From IMG/VR virus record IMGVR_UViG_3300024054_000008, positions 64,001 through 128,000 of that record: a stretch of DNA of 64,000 bases; one strand, 5' to 3'. The notes under the pieces are model-generated. The model was not told the origin of the DNA, searched no databases, and saw only the letters and a program-made list of their open reading frames with translations. The first letter of the stretch is position 1. Each line of letters begins with the position of its first letter. The translations under genes and the position numbers were made by a program. This document shows, in pieces, positions 46,898 to 56,195 of this stretch. This DNA is from a virus.

Positions 46898-46993
46898 TTT
46901 GCCCTTACCTTGCTAGTACATTTACTTTGCACATAGACCCATTTTTCGGGTCTGCAACACTTTACATCAATAATTAAACAATAGCTAGTAATT

Positions 46994-47767
46994 TCAATCT
47001 TCCAAAAGCGAACGATAGTTTATGTTGTTTGTAGGTTGAATCTCTGGTAATTTCTGTTCATCTTGATTGTTTTGTGTTTTAGATGTGTTAATCAACTGTG
47101 ATGTTCTGTTATAGAATGCGGATAATTGAGACAAATGAACTTTGTCTATTGGTTCAGGTATGTCTTCAGGCCTAGATTTTGGATCCAATAAATCAGTTGG
47201 ATCAATCTTCGCTATAGTAACAACTGGTGGCAAACCACCAGGAACAGTCCCATCTTTATTCACACTTGGAGGGATATATGAACCATCAAATGGATTAAGC
47301 TCTTCTTTTACCATTTGTCTTTGCAATCTTATGTCATTGTTGGTACTTCTCAAATGATCATATTTATGTTTGATTATTTTAACAGTTTCTTCCAAATCAA
47401 GAAGTTCTAATTTTTTCTCATTTAAATTTTTATGCTCAACAGAGAGCTTATAAATTACCATAGCTTCGCGATCTCGTATGTTTGGCATACGACGTACGCT
47501 TTCATCATCGGCCAAAAGCCTTTTACTTTTGAAATCAATATCAAGTTCTAATTCTTTAACTTCTAATTTTAAATTTCTCTCTTTTTGTCTGACTAAACCA
47601 AGATAATATTGAACTCGATTTAAATAATTTCTACATGAACTCAAAATTTTGTGTAAGTATTTACTTTGTAGATGCGGCTGTGTAGGGTCTGGTTCAATTC
47701 CAACTTCGTAAGTTGAAATTTCATTTAGTATCTGCTCCAATCTTTCTGATGACAAATCATCAATCAT
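46994..47767 (-). CDS. Coiled-coil protein, possibly a UvsY-like recombination mediator
   Basis: Long helical hairpin (LLADDESV...REAMV...LEETVKII..K...LR); adjacent to ssb/recA. Confidence 0.4.
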   Translation of the reverse strand: MIDDLSSERLEQILNEISTYEVGIEPDPTQPHLQSKYLHKILSSCRNYLNRVQYYLGLVRQKERNLKLEVKELELDIDFKSKRLLADDESVRRMPNIRDREAMVIYKLSVEHKNLNEKKLELLDLEETVKIIKHKYDHLRSTNNDIRLQRQMVKEELNPFDGSYIPPSVNKDGTVPGGLPPVVTIAKIDPTDLLDPKSRPEDIPEPIDKVHLSQLSAFYNRTSQLINTSKTQNNQDEQKLPEIQPTNNINYRSLLED

Positions 47768-47773
47768 GGCGTT

Positions 47774-48070
47774 TTACTTTTCGCTAACATCGAACGTTTT
47801 GTTAAAATGAGAAGACATTTGTTCAAAATTATCCTTCATAATTTTAATGCGTTCATTTGCTTGATCTATAGTCAATGCTCCTCTCATGAGAGCGTCATAA
47901 ACAGCAGAGACAGAAACTCTATAACTCAAATTTAATTGAGTTTTTGGTATTTCATCAATTTCGATTGACGGATCGATCTCAATTGTAGCAGAAACAAAAT
48001 GTGAAGTTCTTTCGCCAGATTTATGAAGATCGATAGCATAAGAAGATGAAATACTTGTAACTTTGTTCAT
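47774..48070 (-). CDS. Hypothetical protein
   Basis: TGTAATAT-N6-ATG leader. Confidence 0.55.
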   Translation of the reverse strand: MNKVTSISSSYAIDLHKSGERTSHFVSATIEIDPSIEIDEIPKTQLNLSYRVSVSAVYDALMRGALTIDQANERIKIMKDNFEQMSSHFNKTFDVSEK

Positions 48071-48079
48071 TTTAACATA

Positions 48080-49264
48080 TTACATTCGTTTATCTGTCGA
48101 TTCTTGAACAGCCTCAATTGCTAACTTAGACATACTTAATTTAACCATATTCTTTATGTCTTCTTTAAATGAATCAGAAATTATTACGTCTCTACATGCT
48201 AAAAGAGCTGATATAGTCTTATCATCAACATTGCCAGTTTGATTTATGCCATTAATTTGTTGAAAAAGCAAAATAGCAAGTTTTGTCTTTCCACCAAGTA
48301 CACCATCATCACGTTTTGGACCAAGGTCAAAACCAAGTTTAAGCAAAATCTGCTGGACCTCTTTAGTATCAATAAATTTATCCTCACCAATGTTATTTGA
48401 CCAATTTTTTAAGTCGGACGAAAAATCAATCAGATTTATACCATATAATTTTTCAATGACAGGTCTAATTTTATCATATCGGCCAGGATATATAGTTATA
48501 CCAGGCCCAAATGTTAACTCTTTAAGAATAAAAATAAACCAATCAATACTCCAAGCTTGATATGGATTATTTTTTACACCAACCTCAAGATGTTTATTTG
48601 CAATTGTCGGGTTATTGGCTGCAAAACTCAAATATGCAGCTTTAAATGCTCTACCAATGTTTGAATCTGGAGCTTGGTTTATTAATCCTTTGGCAAATGG
48701 CAAACAAAACCACGACAAACGCTTCGCCGTAAATTTTAATTGTTCTTTTTTAGCAATTTCATTTTCGAAAATAGAAGCAATACTGATTACCCATTGCTTT
48801 GCATATTCGGTCGAATCATCATCCCATGTTCCTACTTTCCCAGTACTATTTAATAAGAACATCTGACGCTGTTCTTCCAAACGATCAACTTCGCCACGAA
48901 CATCGTTAAAGAAAAACCTGCATCTTGATTTTTGGTTTTTCTTGAATGACAAATTTATAGTTGAACATAAATCATCAACCGGTTTTATTAATTGTCTATC
49001 TATATCAACCAATTGGCACAACATGTCACTGACAGAATATTGACCAGATTCAATCCACTGAATTATGCCAGTCGAACAAATTCCAGAATCATACATGTTA
49101 ACGGCGTTAAACGAACCACCTTCTGTAGCTGTAATAACAGCTATTATTTTTTCATCTTCAGACGGATTATCAGAAAGTATAAATTTACCGTTTTGGTTGC
49201 CTAAAAAATATGGACCTTCATACTGAAGGTAGCCGCCCCACTTAATATCTGTTTTGGATATCAT
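48080..49264 (-). CDS. Lysozyme-like hydrolase with C-terminal peptidoglycan-binding domain
   Basis: ATEGG..AVN.YD...S.G.IQW; PG_binding_1 EVQQIL..LGF..G...DG..G..T..AI..FQ..NG...TG.VD..T. Confidence 0.75.
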   Translation of the reverse strand: MISKTDIKWGGYLQYEGPYFLGNQNGKFILSDNPSEDEKIIAVITATEGGSFNAVNMYDSGICSTGIIQWIESGQYSVSDMLCQLVDIDRQLIKPVDDLCSTINLSFKKNQKSRCRFFFNDVRGEVDRLEEQRQMFLLNSTGKVGTWDDDSTEYAKQWVISIASIFENEIAKKEQLKFTAKRLSWFCLPFAKGLINQAPDSNIGRAFKAAYLSFAANNPTIANKHLEVGVKNNPYQAWSIDWFIFILKELTFGPGITIYPGRYDKIRPVIEKLYGINLIDFSSDLKNWSNNIGEDKFIDTKEVQQILLKLGFDLGPKRDDGVLGGKTKLAILLFQQINGINQTGNVDDKTISALLACRDVIISDSFKEDIKNMVKLSMSKLAIEAVQESTDKRM

Positions 49265-49301
49265 GGCGTACTATACCATGATATCCAAAACATAACATGA
49301 C

Positions 49302-49694
49302 CTAAGCTCTACTATCCATTATTCTTGATGCATAGTTACGTGATCTAGGAATTCTCTTTTTTGGTTCAACAACACCATTGTTTAGTTTAACAAATACTTT
49401 TCTTTTGTCTGCTGCTCCAACACCTTGAAATACGTGCTGAATAGCCTTTATCATCTTTCCTTGCCTACCAATTACTTTTGCCAAATCTTCTGGGTGAACA
49501 GATATAGTTAATATCGTATCTGGACCATTTATTTTTTCGTCAATGTCTATGTTTTTCGGATGAGCAGTTAGAGCTTGAAGCAACTCAAAAAGCAACTCTT
49601 TATCTTCAAGCGGAGTATAGTCAGATTCATCTTTGTCGGATTGTCTTATTACCTCTACCATTTTGTCCTCGTATCGTTGATGCAAACTTATCAA
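49302..49694 (-). CDS. khpA: KH-domain RNA-binding protein (KhpA/UPF0109-like)
   Basis: LL..LT.HP..I.I...ISVHPEDLAKVIGRQGKMIKAI. Confidence 0.82.
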   Translation of the reverse strand: MISLHQRYEDKMVEVIRQSDKDESDYTPLEDKELLFELLQALTAHPKNIDIDEKINGPDTILTISVHPEDLAKVIGRQGKMIKAIQHVFQGVGAADKRKVFVKLNNGVVEPKKRIPRSRNYASRIMDSRA

Positions 49695-49925
49695 GGCAGG
49701 ATTCTACCTGTTGCAATCGGTAAATTCTGGTTATTCATCAATACTAATTCACCAGAATTTACATTCAAAGTATCTGGATAAGATTTAACCACTTCAAAAC
49801 ACTTGTTCAAGTTAGTCCTTTTGAGCAATAATCTAAACCTTTGTGATCTATGTAAAACAATAAATGAGAACGTGTCACTGATCGGCTGATTAATTAACCA
49901 GGTTAACTTTACAATGTTTGCCATG

Positions 49926-50147
49926 TCAATGTAATGAATTACACTTATGCAAAATACACCCATGGATAGAGTTTTCTATAAGAAAATTCATCAGATCCTG
50001 CAGGTCAGGGTTTGTAGCAACAACCGTTCCTATCATTGGCATATTTAAATCGTGGTTAATTATAGCATTTTCTAAAGCTACCCATTTACCCGGATGTTTA
50101 AAACATATTTCTTTCCACGACTCCGTTTTTTGTGGACCAAAACACAT
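49926..50147 (-). CDS. Small hypothetical protein (PGKWVA motif)
   Basis: KHPGKWVALE...VVA pattern. Confidence 0.45.
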   Translation of the reverse strand: MCFGPQKTESWKEICFKHPGKWVALENAIINHDLNMPMIGTVVATNPDLQDLMNFLIENSIHGCILHKCNSLH

Positions 50148-50180
50148 AACGCATCTAATTTTGCCGTTATCATAAAAAAG

Positions 50181-50591
50181 TCAGTTGTCTTTTTCAATTT
50201 TATTAAAAATTTCGCTTACTTTGTTGACTTGGTCTAAAGCTTTCTTCAAAACAATCTCAGCATTTCCTTCATCTGGTCCATAGCATCCTATCAATGAATC
50301 TAATTTTACCAGATTTCCAGTTGTTGGATGAACCGGAACCAAATTTGGCAACGCCTTGTCAAATAAATGTTGTATCGGAATGTTGTCTGAACCATTTAAA
50401 GATTCAGGAGAAGTTGGGCTAAGACCAGTTTGAAACATGCCCCATTCTTTTATTTGGAAAATAATTACCTGCGGCTTTCCATCAATTACCTCAAGGTAAG
50501 CACAATGCCATCCAGGGATGGCCTGCAATTTGGCTGCGATAGGAAGACTAGAAACAGACTTTAAATAGTTTTTTATTGAATCAATATCCAT
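50181..50591 (-). CDS. Hypothetical protein
   Basis: ATG 50591 preceded by TGTAATGT-N5. Confidence 0.55.
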   Translation of the reverse strand: MDIDSIKNYLKSVSSLPIAAKLQAIPGWHCAYLEVIDGKPQVIIFQIKEWGMFQTGLSPTSPESLNGSDNIPIQHLFDKALPNLVPVHPTTGNLVKLDSLIGCYGPDEGNAEIVLKKALDQVNKVSEIFNKIEKDN

Positions 50592-50728
50592 GTTAAACAT
50601 TACAATGAATAAAGATAAAGATAAAGATTTTCACCATCTATTAGACATATTAATACCATTGTTTATTTATGGAACGTTGGCATTTATTTTAATAGATGGT
50701 GAATTAAAACTAATTAAAAACAAAGTAA

Positions 50729-51013
50729 CTAAGATTCAACAACGTCTTCACAATATATTAAATCACGACAAAAATGACAAATCGGAAACCTAAATTTAAA
50801 TTTACTTGTAGTAAACCACGCTGGTCTATAAAACTCAACATCAACAACGTTTTCCAAGTCTGCTGTATTAAATTTCCAATCCAAATCGCTGTGTTTAGCT
50901 GCTAAATCGCGCAATATTTCTACTATGGTCGAAAATCTATCGGCATAAATTTTTATGTTAGCAACATCTCTATTTAATAACTCGTCATAAAAATCTCTAA
51001 TTATGTTGTTCAT
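50729..51013 (-). CDS. Hypothetical protein with shared C-terminal tag (..CEDVVES)
   Basis: 94 aa ORF. Confidence 0.55.
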   Translation of the reverse strand: MNNIIRDFYDELLNRDVANIKIYADRFSTIVEILRDLAAKHSDLDWKFNTADLENVVDVEFYRPAWFTTSKFKFRFPICHFCRDLIYCEDVVES

Positions 51014-51249
51014 AATTTAGAACGTAAGTTAAGCAACTCATTCTCGGCTAATATCGCACGAGATTTCCATTGATCGCGCTCCAGTTTAAGCTTTCGTACA
51101 AACAAACGCACACGAGTTGACTCAAGCTGCCCAGTAAATCCAATGTCAAGTTCATTCAATACTAATTGAAGCTCGTGTAAACGGTTGCCGACCAAATTTG
51201 ATTCACCAGTGTCTAAATTAAAACCACAATTTGAACAAACTGAAGACAT
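51010..51249 (-). CDS. Small Zn-finger + coiled-coil protein
   Basis: MSSVCSNCG; TGTAATAT-N5-ATG leader. Confidence 0.5.
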   Translation of the reverse strand: MSSVCSNCGFNLDTGESNLVGNRLHELQLVLNELDIGFTGQLESTRVRLFVRKLKLERDQWKSRAILAENELLNLRSKL

Positions 51250-51293
51250 GTAGTATATTACAATGAGGAAAATTTTATAAACCTTAAACATAA

Positions 51294-51758
51294 ATGGGCA
51301 AACTAAAACACATAGCAAATAACATAGCAAAAACAGCAAATCAACCAATTGAGTTAAAAGGTCCGTTCAAAAAATGGAAGCCTCTATCATTTGGAGGAAG
51401 CTTACATACAGTCGTAGAACAAATAGACATATCAGGAAAACCATATTTTGATTCAATGCAAGAATTAATGAATGTGCCAGAAGAAGACATACGTGAAAAT
51501 CAAACTCACGAATTTATTGTTGATATTGATTGGTTTTATGACAAACCAGATAAAAGCGTTGGGTGGGTGGGAGGCTATGAAATTCAAGGCTATGAAATAT
51601 TAGCTATAGACGAATTAGAAATACTAAACAAAGAAGACTCAAAAATATTAGAGAAAGCGCTAAGTAAAGCTATTTATAGTAAACAAAACGAATTAGCAGA
51701 TGAAGCTAGGAAAAAAGATGAAGAAAATTTTGATGTTCCGGACGATTTTTACTATTGA
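51294..51758 (+). CDS. Acidic hypothetical protein
   Basis: 154 aa; starts MGKLKHIANNIA. Confidence 0.55.
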   Translation: MGKLKHIANNIAKTANQPIELKGPFKKWKPLSFGGSLHTVVEQIDISGKPYFDSMQELMNVPEEDIRENQTHEFIVDIDWFYDKPDKSVGWVGGYEIQGYEILAIDELEILNKEDSKILEKALSKAIYSKQNELADEARKKDEENFDVPDDFYY

Positions 51759-52558
51759 TTCAAAACTGCAAGTTCAAAATGCATGCCGTCCAACCTGTCC
51801 CACCAACCTCCCCAATAAAACCCATTGTCGGCGGCAATTGAAACCAACTCTCTGACTGACCCTTTCTTACCAACTAAAGCAGGAGTCATTCTAAGACCGT
51901 TCCACGGAGCATTTATATCGAATGCGGTCCCGTACGCATGATTAGACAAAACTGACCTTGAACCGCGTACAAATCTAGGAACCCACATTCCTGACCAAGT
52001 AATAACGAGATCAAGCAGTCCTTCTTTTTCCCAAGCCTTCCAAAGTTTTATCATCGGATCAACCACAAGTTTATGAACACTTATAACAGATGAAGTTTTA
52101 CCAACAAGTTGGTTGTTTTGATAAATACCTGGTATTTTTGATAACTGTGGGATTTCAACCCTTACTATGTTATTTTTTGTCCAATCATTTGTTATAATTA
52201 TTGCTTCTGGATCAGAAACAGCATTTGCTGATTTGTATTCTATATGTCCAAACATTTTTTCACGATCGGCATAGTTTAAAGATGAAAAATTTGGTTTTGG
52301 CGGCCAATTAGCCCCAGATTTGTCTAAGTTATTATCATCTAAAATTTTAAACCCAAGCATTAAAGCTTTTCCAAGTGTTTCTCCACCAACTTCACCATCA
52401 TCACCTAAATTGTTTTCACGTTGGAAATCTTTGGTGGCGTCTTTAGTTGCCTGATCAAAATTACCATCAACCTCCAACCAATAAAACCCAAGACCCCTGA
52501 GAAATTCTTCCCAAACTAGAACGTCATCGCCAACACACCCAACACGAAGAACTCTCAT
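51752..52558 (-). CDS. Endolysin: peptidoglycan-binding domain + M15 peptidase
   Basis: LR.G..GDDV...DG.F...T..A.KDFQ...L..DG.VG..T; R....S.HAYG.AFDIN; WGG.W...DGMHFE. Confidence 0.9.
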   Translation of the reverse strand: MRVLRVGCVGDDVLVWEEFLRGLGFYWLEVDGNFDQATKDATKDFQRENNLGDDGEVGGETLGKALMLGFKILDDNNLDKSGANWPPKPNFSSLNYADREKMFGHIEYKSANAVSDPEAIIITNDWTKNNIVRVEIPQLSKIPGIYQNNQLVGKTSSVISVHKLVVDPMIKLWKAWEKEGLLDLVITWSGMWVPRFVRGSRSVLSNHAYGTAFDINAPWNGLRMTPALVGKKGSVRELVSIAADNGFYWGGWWDRLDGMHFELAVLNQ

Positions 52559-53352
52559 TTATCATCTCCATATATTGTTGTTTCTGGAAGAACCACAATG
52601 TTTGTCTCAAGTTGAGGAACGCCTGGCTGTCTGAACACAGACATTACGCCTTGATGGCTAGCTAATTCAGCAAGTTCTTTACTTTTTAATATATTTTGTA
52701 GTTTTTCTTCATTGTCATTAACAACACATGCATTTAGAACCAAAACACAATTTTGTGAATAATCAACATGATGCATATCATGAGCTGTCCCACGACCTTG
52801 TATAACCCTATAATACATGCCAGTTATGGGATCTTTTGTTAAAGACGCACAGACTTCACCCTTTATTCCATGAAAATCATTACCAGTAAAATGCCACCCA
52901 TAATTAACTGCACGATTAGGCTTCTGTGACAAAATTTGGTCAATGCACCAATGTTTTCCTACGGTTGATACAAGTTCATGACCGGTATAATTTGATTGTT
53001 TTGACAACAAATTATCAATTGCCTGGCTTTGTTCTACCATAATTTTAGTAGACGCTGTTATTGACCTAGTAATTGGGGTTATTCTAATTTGAGCCTGATC
53101 AAATATTAAATCAGCTAATTTAGCCGTTAGAAGTGATGCTCCAACTATATCAGCTATTTGTTGTTCAAGATGAGCTGAGACATTTACACGTATACCATCT
53201 ATTTTTAATGCATCAGATGAAACCCAAAATTTTGCTTTATGTTGACCAACAACTGAAACAATAGGAACCCACTCAATCTGATAGTTACCATCCTTCACAC
53301 ATTGTAAAATATAAGATTCGCGTTCTTCTATAGACTCAGGAAATTGAATCAT
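52555..53352 (-). CDS. Conserved hypothetical protein next to the endolysin
   Basis: DAL.IDG.R...A...Q.IAD...L.T, GKHW, NYGWH, IQ.RG..H...HVDYSQ motifs. Confidence 0.6.
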   Translation of the reverse strand: MIQFPESIEERESYILQCVKDGNYQIEWVPIVSVVGQHKAKFWVSSDALKIDGIRVNVSAHLEQQIADIVGASLLTAKLADLIFDQAQIRITPITRSITASTKIMVEQSQAIDNLLSKQSNYTGHELVSTVGKHWCIDQILSQKPNRAVNYGWHFTGNDFHGIKGEVCASLTKDPITGMYYRVIQGRGTAHDMHHVDYSQNCVLVLNACVVNDNEEKLQNILKSKELAELASHQGVMSVFRQPGVPQLETNIVVLPETTIYGDDK

Positions 53353-53583
53353 CTTAAAAATAATACGAATCAGGAACTTAACATGTTTTGGGCTAGAAAA
53401 ATAAAAGAAGACAAGACACCTTGGAGATGGACGTTAAGACGCAAAGACGGGTCAGTATTGGCATTTGCTACTGAACCAATACAACTAAAATCTCTCTTCG
53501 ACAAAAAGACTTTGATAGAAGGAAGCGAGATTTACGATAAAAAACTTGACAAAATAATCAAAAGCCTGGATGATATCAAATGA
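53344..53583 (+). CDS. Small hypothetical protein
   Basis: ORF overlapping the next gene by ATGA. Confidence 0.45.
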   Translation: MNHLKNNTNQELNMFWARKIKEDKTPWRWTLRRKDGSVLAFATEPIQLKSLFDKKTLIEGSEIYDKKLDKIIKSLDDIK

Positions 53584-54017
53584 ACCAAAATATTGTAAAA
53601 TCTTTAGAACCGGAATTCGAGTTAAAAGAAAGAACGTCTGGTTCTGTACTACATAGACCGGCACCAGGAAAAACAAAATATGAAATAAGGATCGAAACCA
53701 ATGTCTGGACAACAGATAATGAAATCATACACAGAAGACATTCAAAATTAATTGGGATAGTATTTGTGGGTAATAACGCTGAAATAGCATTCACAAAATC
53801 AGCGAATAAAAAACAATCAACCAAACCAAAAATCTTTAGAATTTATAAAGTTTTTACTTCAAAGAAGTCAAAACAAGCAATTGATCATGCTGAAAACATG
53901 ATCTGCGAATGCATAGCACCAAGAAATCTGTTGGAAATAAAACGGGCAAAACTGGGAGAAAAAATGTTCAAATTTATAAACGAACAATTAGCTGTAATCG
54001 ACGTCATCGAATCTTAA
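53580..54017 (+). CDS. Hypothetical protein with shared C-terminal tag (..AVIDVIES)
   Basis: 145 aa ORF. Confidence 0.55.
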   Translation: MNQNIVKSLEPEFELKERTSGSVLHRPAPGKTKYEIRIETNVWTTDNEIIHRRHSKLIGIVFVGNNAEIAFTKSANKKQSTKPKIFRIYKVFTSKKSKQAIDHAENMICECIAPRNLLEIKRAKLGEKMFKFINEQLAVIDVIES

Positions 54018-54126
54018 TTCTTGGATGAAATGATCAACATCTAAGTCAAAACTAAATTTTGACAAAAAATCACAAGAGACTGATATTTCATACCAATCTT
54101 TGGAAGAAATACCGTCTAGTTTATAA

Positions 54127-54414
54127 TCAAACTTTTGCGGCACGTCCAAGAGCTTCATAATTTTTCTTAAACTCTGCTTCATTACCAGATTCAAACGCAT
54201 CATTCATTTTTTCAAGCAAACCCCTAACCATATCTTGGCCAGGCTTTGACTGTGGAAGAGCTGTCTGCTCTTGACTTTCTTCAACACTGCATTCATCAAG
54301 AGCGACCAAGATGCGCTTTATGTCATTCACTACTAAATTACGGTCTGGTTTTTTAGAACTTTCAACAGCGGAAGCTATATTGTTCAATGCCTTAACAACT
54401 TCTGATGGTTTCAT
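54127..54414 (-). CDS. Small protein with a shared N-terminal motif
   Basis: MKPSEVVKALNNIASAVESSKKPDRNLV. Confidence 0.6.
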   Translation of the reverse strand: MKPSEVVKALNNIASAVESSKKPDRNLVVNDIKRILVALDECSVEESQEQTALPQSKPGQDMVRGLLEKMNDAFESGNEAEFKKNYEALGRAAKV

Positions 54415-54441
54415 TTGTCATAACGTTCAATAAAAACCGTA

Positions 54442-54978
54442 TTATGATATAATTATATATTCGGTCATAAGTTCATTTATTTTTTGTTTATCTTCAACAC
54501 ACCATAAAAGCGGGTCTGGAATTTTGGCCAGCTCTTCAAGCATCTGATAAAATCTTGAGTTAAAAACCATTTTGTGACCATTCAAATATTTTATGAACTC
54601 GATAAACGAATCCATGACATGATCCGGGTAATCATTACAAAATTTGGTACTATACCGATTGCACATAAATCTAGATATCAATTCATTAAGATAATATACA
54701 AACGGAGAATCGAGATTAAAATCAGCCGATAGGCGAGTTCTTAACATTTTATCTTTCAATATTACCGAATAGAGTTCCGTGTCATTAAATATAAATCTAT
54801 ATATAGATTTGCATTCAATATTCTCAACATGCAATAATCCGCCAAATTTCATATCAAAAAATGATTGTAAAGACCTTTTGACATTTTCAGTACTTGGTTT
54901 ATTTTTAAATACTACAAGACATCTTGTACCTTTCGGTTCGAGATGCGAAATAAACATATTTCTATTAAGTTTGGACAC
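54442..54978 (-). CDS. Hypothetical protein
   Basis: 178 aa; ends MTEYIIIS. Confidence 0.5.
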   Translation of the reverse strand: MSKLNRNMFISHLEPKGTRCLVVFKNKPSTENVKRSLQSFFDMKFGGLLHVENIECKSIYRFIFNDTELYSVILKDKMLRTRLSADFNLDSPFVYYLNELISRFMCNRYSTKFCNDYPDHVMDSFIEFIKYLNGHKMVFNSRFYQMLEELAKIPDPLLWCVEDKQKINELMTEYIIIS

Positions 54979-55019
54979 AACCTAATGTAAATTACAATTA
55001 TTAAGATTTACGGACAAAA

Positions 55020-55493
55020 ATGAATTTGCCGCCTGGACCATGGGACAACGAACCTGATAAGTTAGAATTTGAATTTGATGGAGTACCATGTAGAATAACA
55101 CGTAATGACAGTTTCGGCAATCTTTGCGGATACGCAGCTCTAACAGAATACCATCCATACTTCAAGTGCGGGTACAACAATATACATTATAACGTACACG
55201 GTGGACTCACATTTTGTGGCTTCCAACATTCAGAAAATTCATTGTGGTGGATAGGATTCGATTGTGCACATAGCGATGATGTTATTCCAAGTTTTGACAA
55301 AATAAATTTTAAAGACGCGACTTATAAGACTATAGATTTTGTAAAATCTGAATTAACGAAATTGGTGAAACAAATAAATGAAGAATTGTGTATTGCGTGT
55401 TTGCACAAATATTCAGAACATCAAAACGGAATATGCTCCCATGAATGTGAATGCGCAAAGCTATTAAAAACAAGACAGGTCATAACAGGATGA
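55020..55493 (+). CDS. Conserved phage hypothetical protein
   Basis: GPWDNEPD...CGY...VHGGLTF...WWIGFDCAH motif, which I recall from phage proteins. Confidence 0.65.
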   Translation: MNLPPGPWDNEPDKLEFEFDGVPCRITRNDSFGNLCGYAALTEYHPYFKCGYNNIHYNVHGGLTFCGFQHSENSLWWIGFDCAHSDDVIPSFDKINFKDATYKTIDFVKSELTKLVKQINEELCIACLHKYSEHQNGICSHECECAKLLKTRQVITG

Positions 55494-55732
55494 AAAGAAT
55501 AAATGTTGATGGCGTTTTAGCTAAATTTCACGAGCGAGCCGTTGAGTTTATTTATGAAAATTCTTTGGTTGCTGACATGATTGACGACAAACCATCAAAT
55601 GTAAGAAATTGATCCGGGTAAAGTTGCGATTTTGTGGTCAACAGTTTACAATGTTAATGAACATGAACTAATCAGATCAAATTCATGGGAAAAGATTTTG
55701 GGGTTATTGAGTGGTTCTAAGGGCTGAATGAA

Positions 55733-55981
55733 ATGAAATCAAAACGCGGAAAAAACGAATCGATAATACAAATATGTAATGATTTAGATTTATATACATC
55801 ATGCATATACCTACCAGATATTCCGAATGCAAAATTAATAGACTTTGACTTTTTAGGACATGCGTACAAGCTAACAGTTGAAATAAGCGAAAACAAATTT
55901 CAAGATTTCATCCTAGAACCACATAAATGTTTGGGAACTTTATGTGAAAAAGTTAAAAATTATTTAAGAATCAACAACTAA
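55733..55981 (+). CDS. Small hypothetical protein
   Basis: 82 aa ORF. Confidence 0.4.
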   Translation: MKSKRGKNESIIQICNDLDLYTSCIYLPDIPNAKLIDFDFLGHAYKLTVEISENKFQDFILEPHKCLGTLCEKVKNYLRINN

Positions 55982-56195
55982 CTTTGCCTTACATTCATCT
56001 TCTTCACACTCTTCAAGTGGTTGATCCTTTATGATTTTCATTTTTACACAATCTAAATGCTAAATCATTTAATTCTTCAAGTATTTTTTTTGTCTTCTTC
56101 GACCATAATTGAATGTTTAAGTTGATTTACGATTTTCTTATCCCAATCATTATTCCGATCAATAGTCATAGCCGTCTAATTGCCATTTTATTAAA

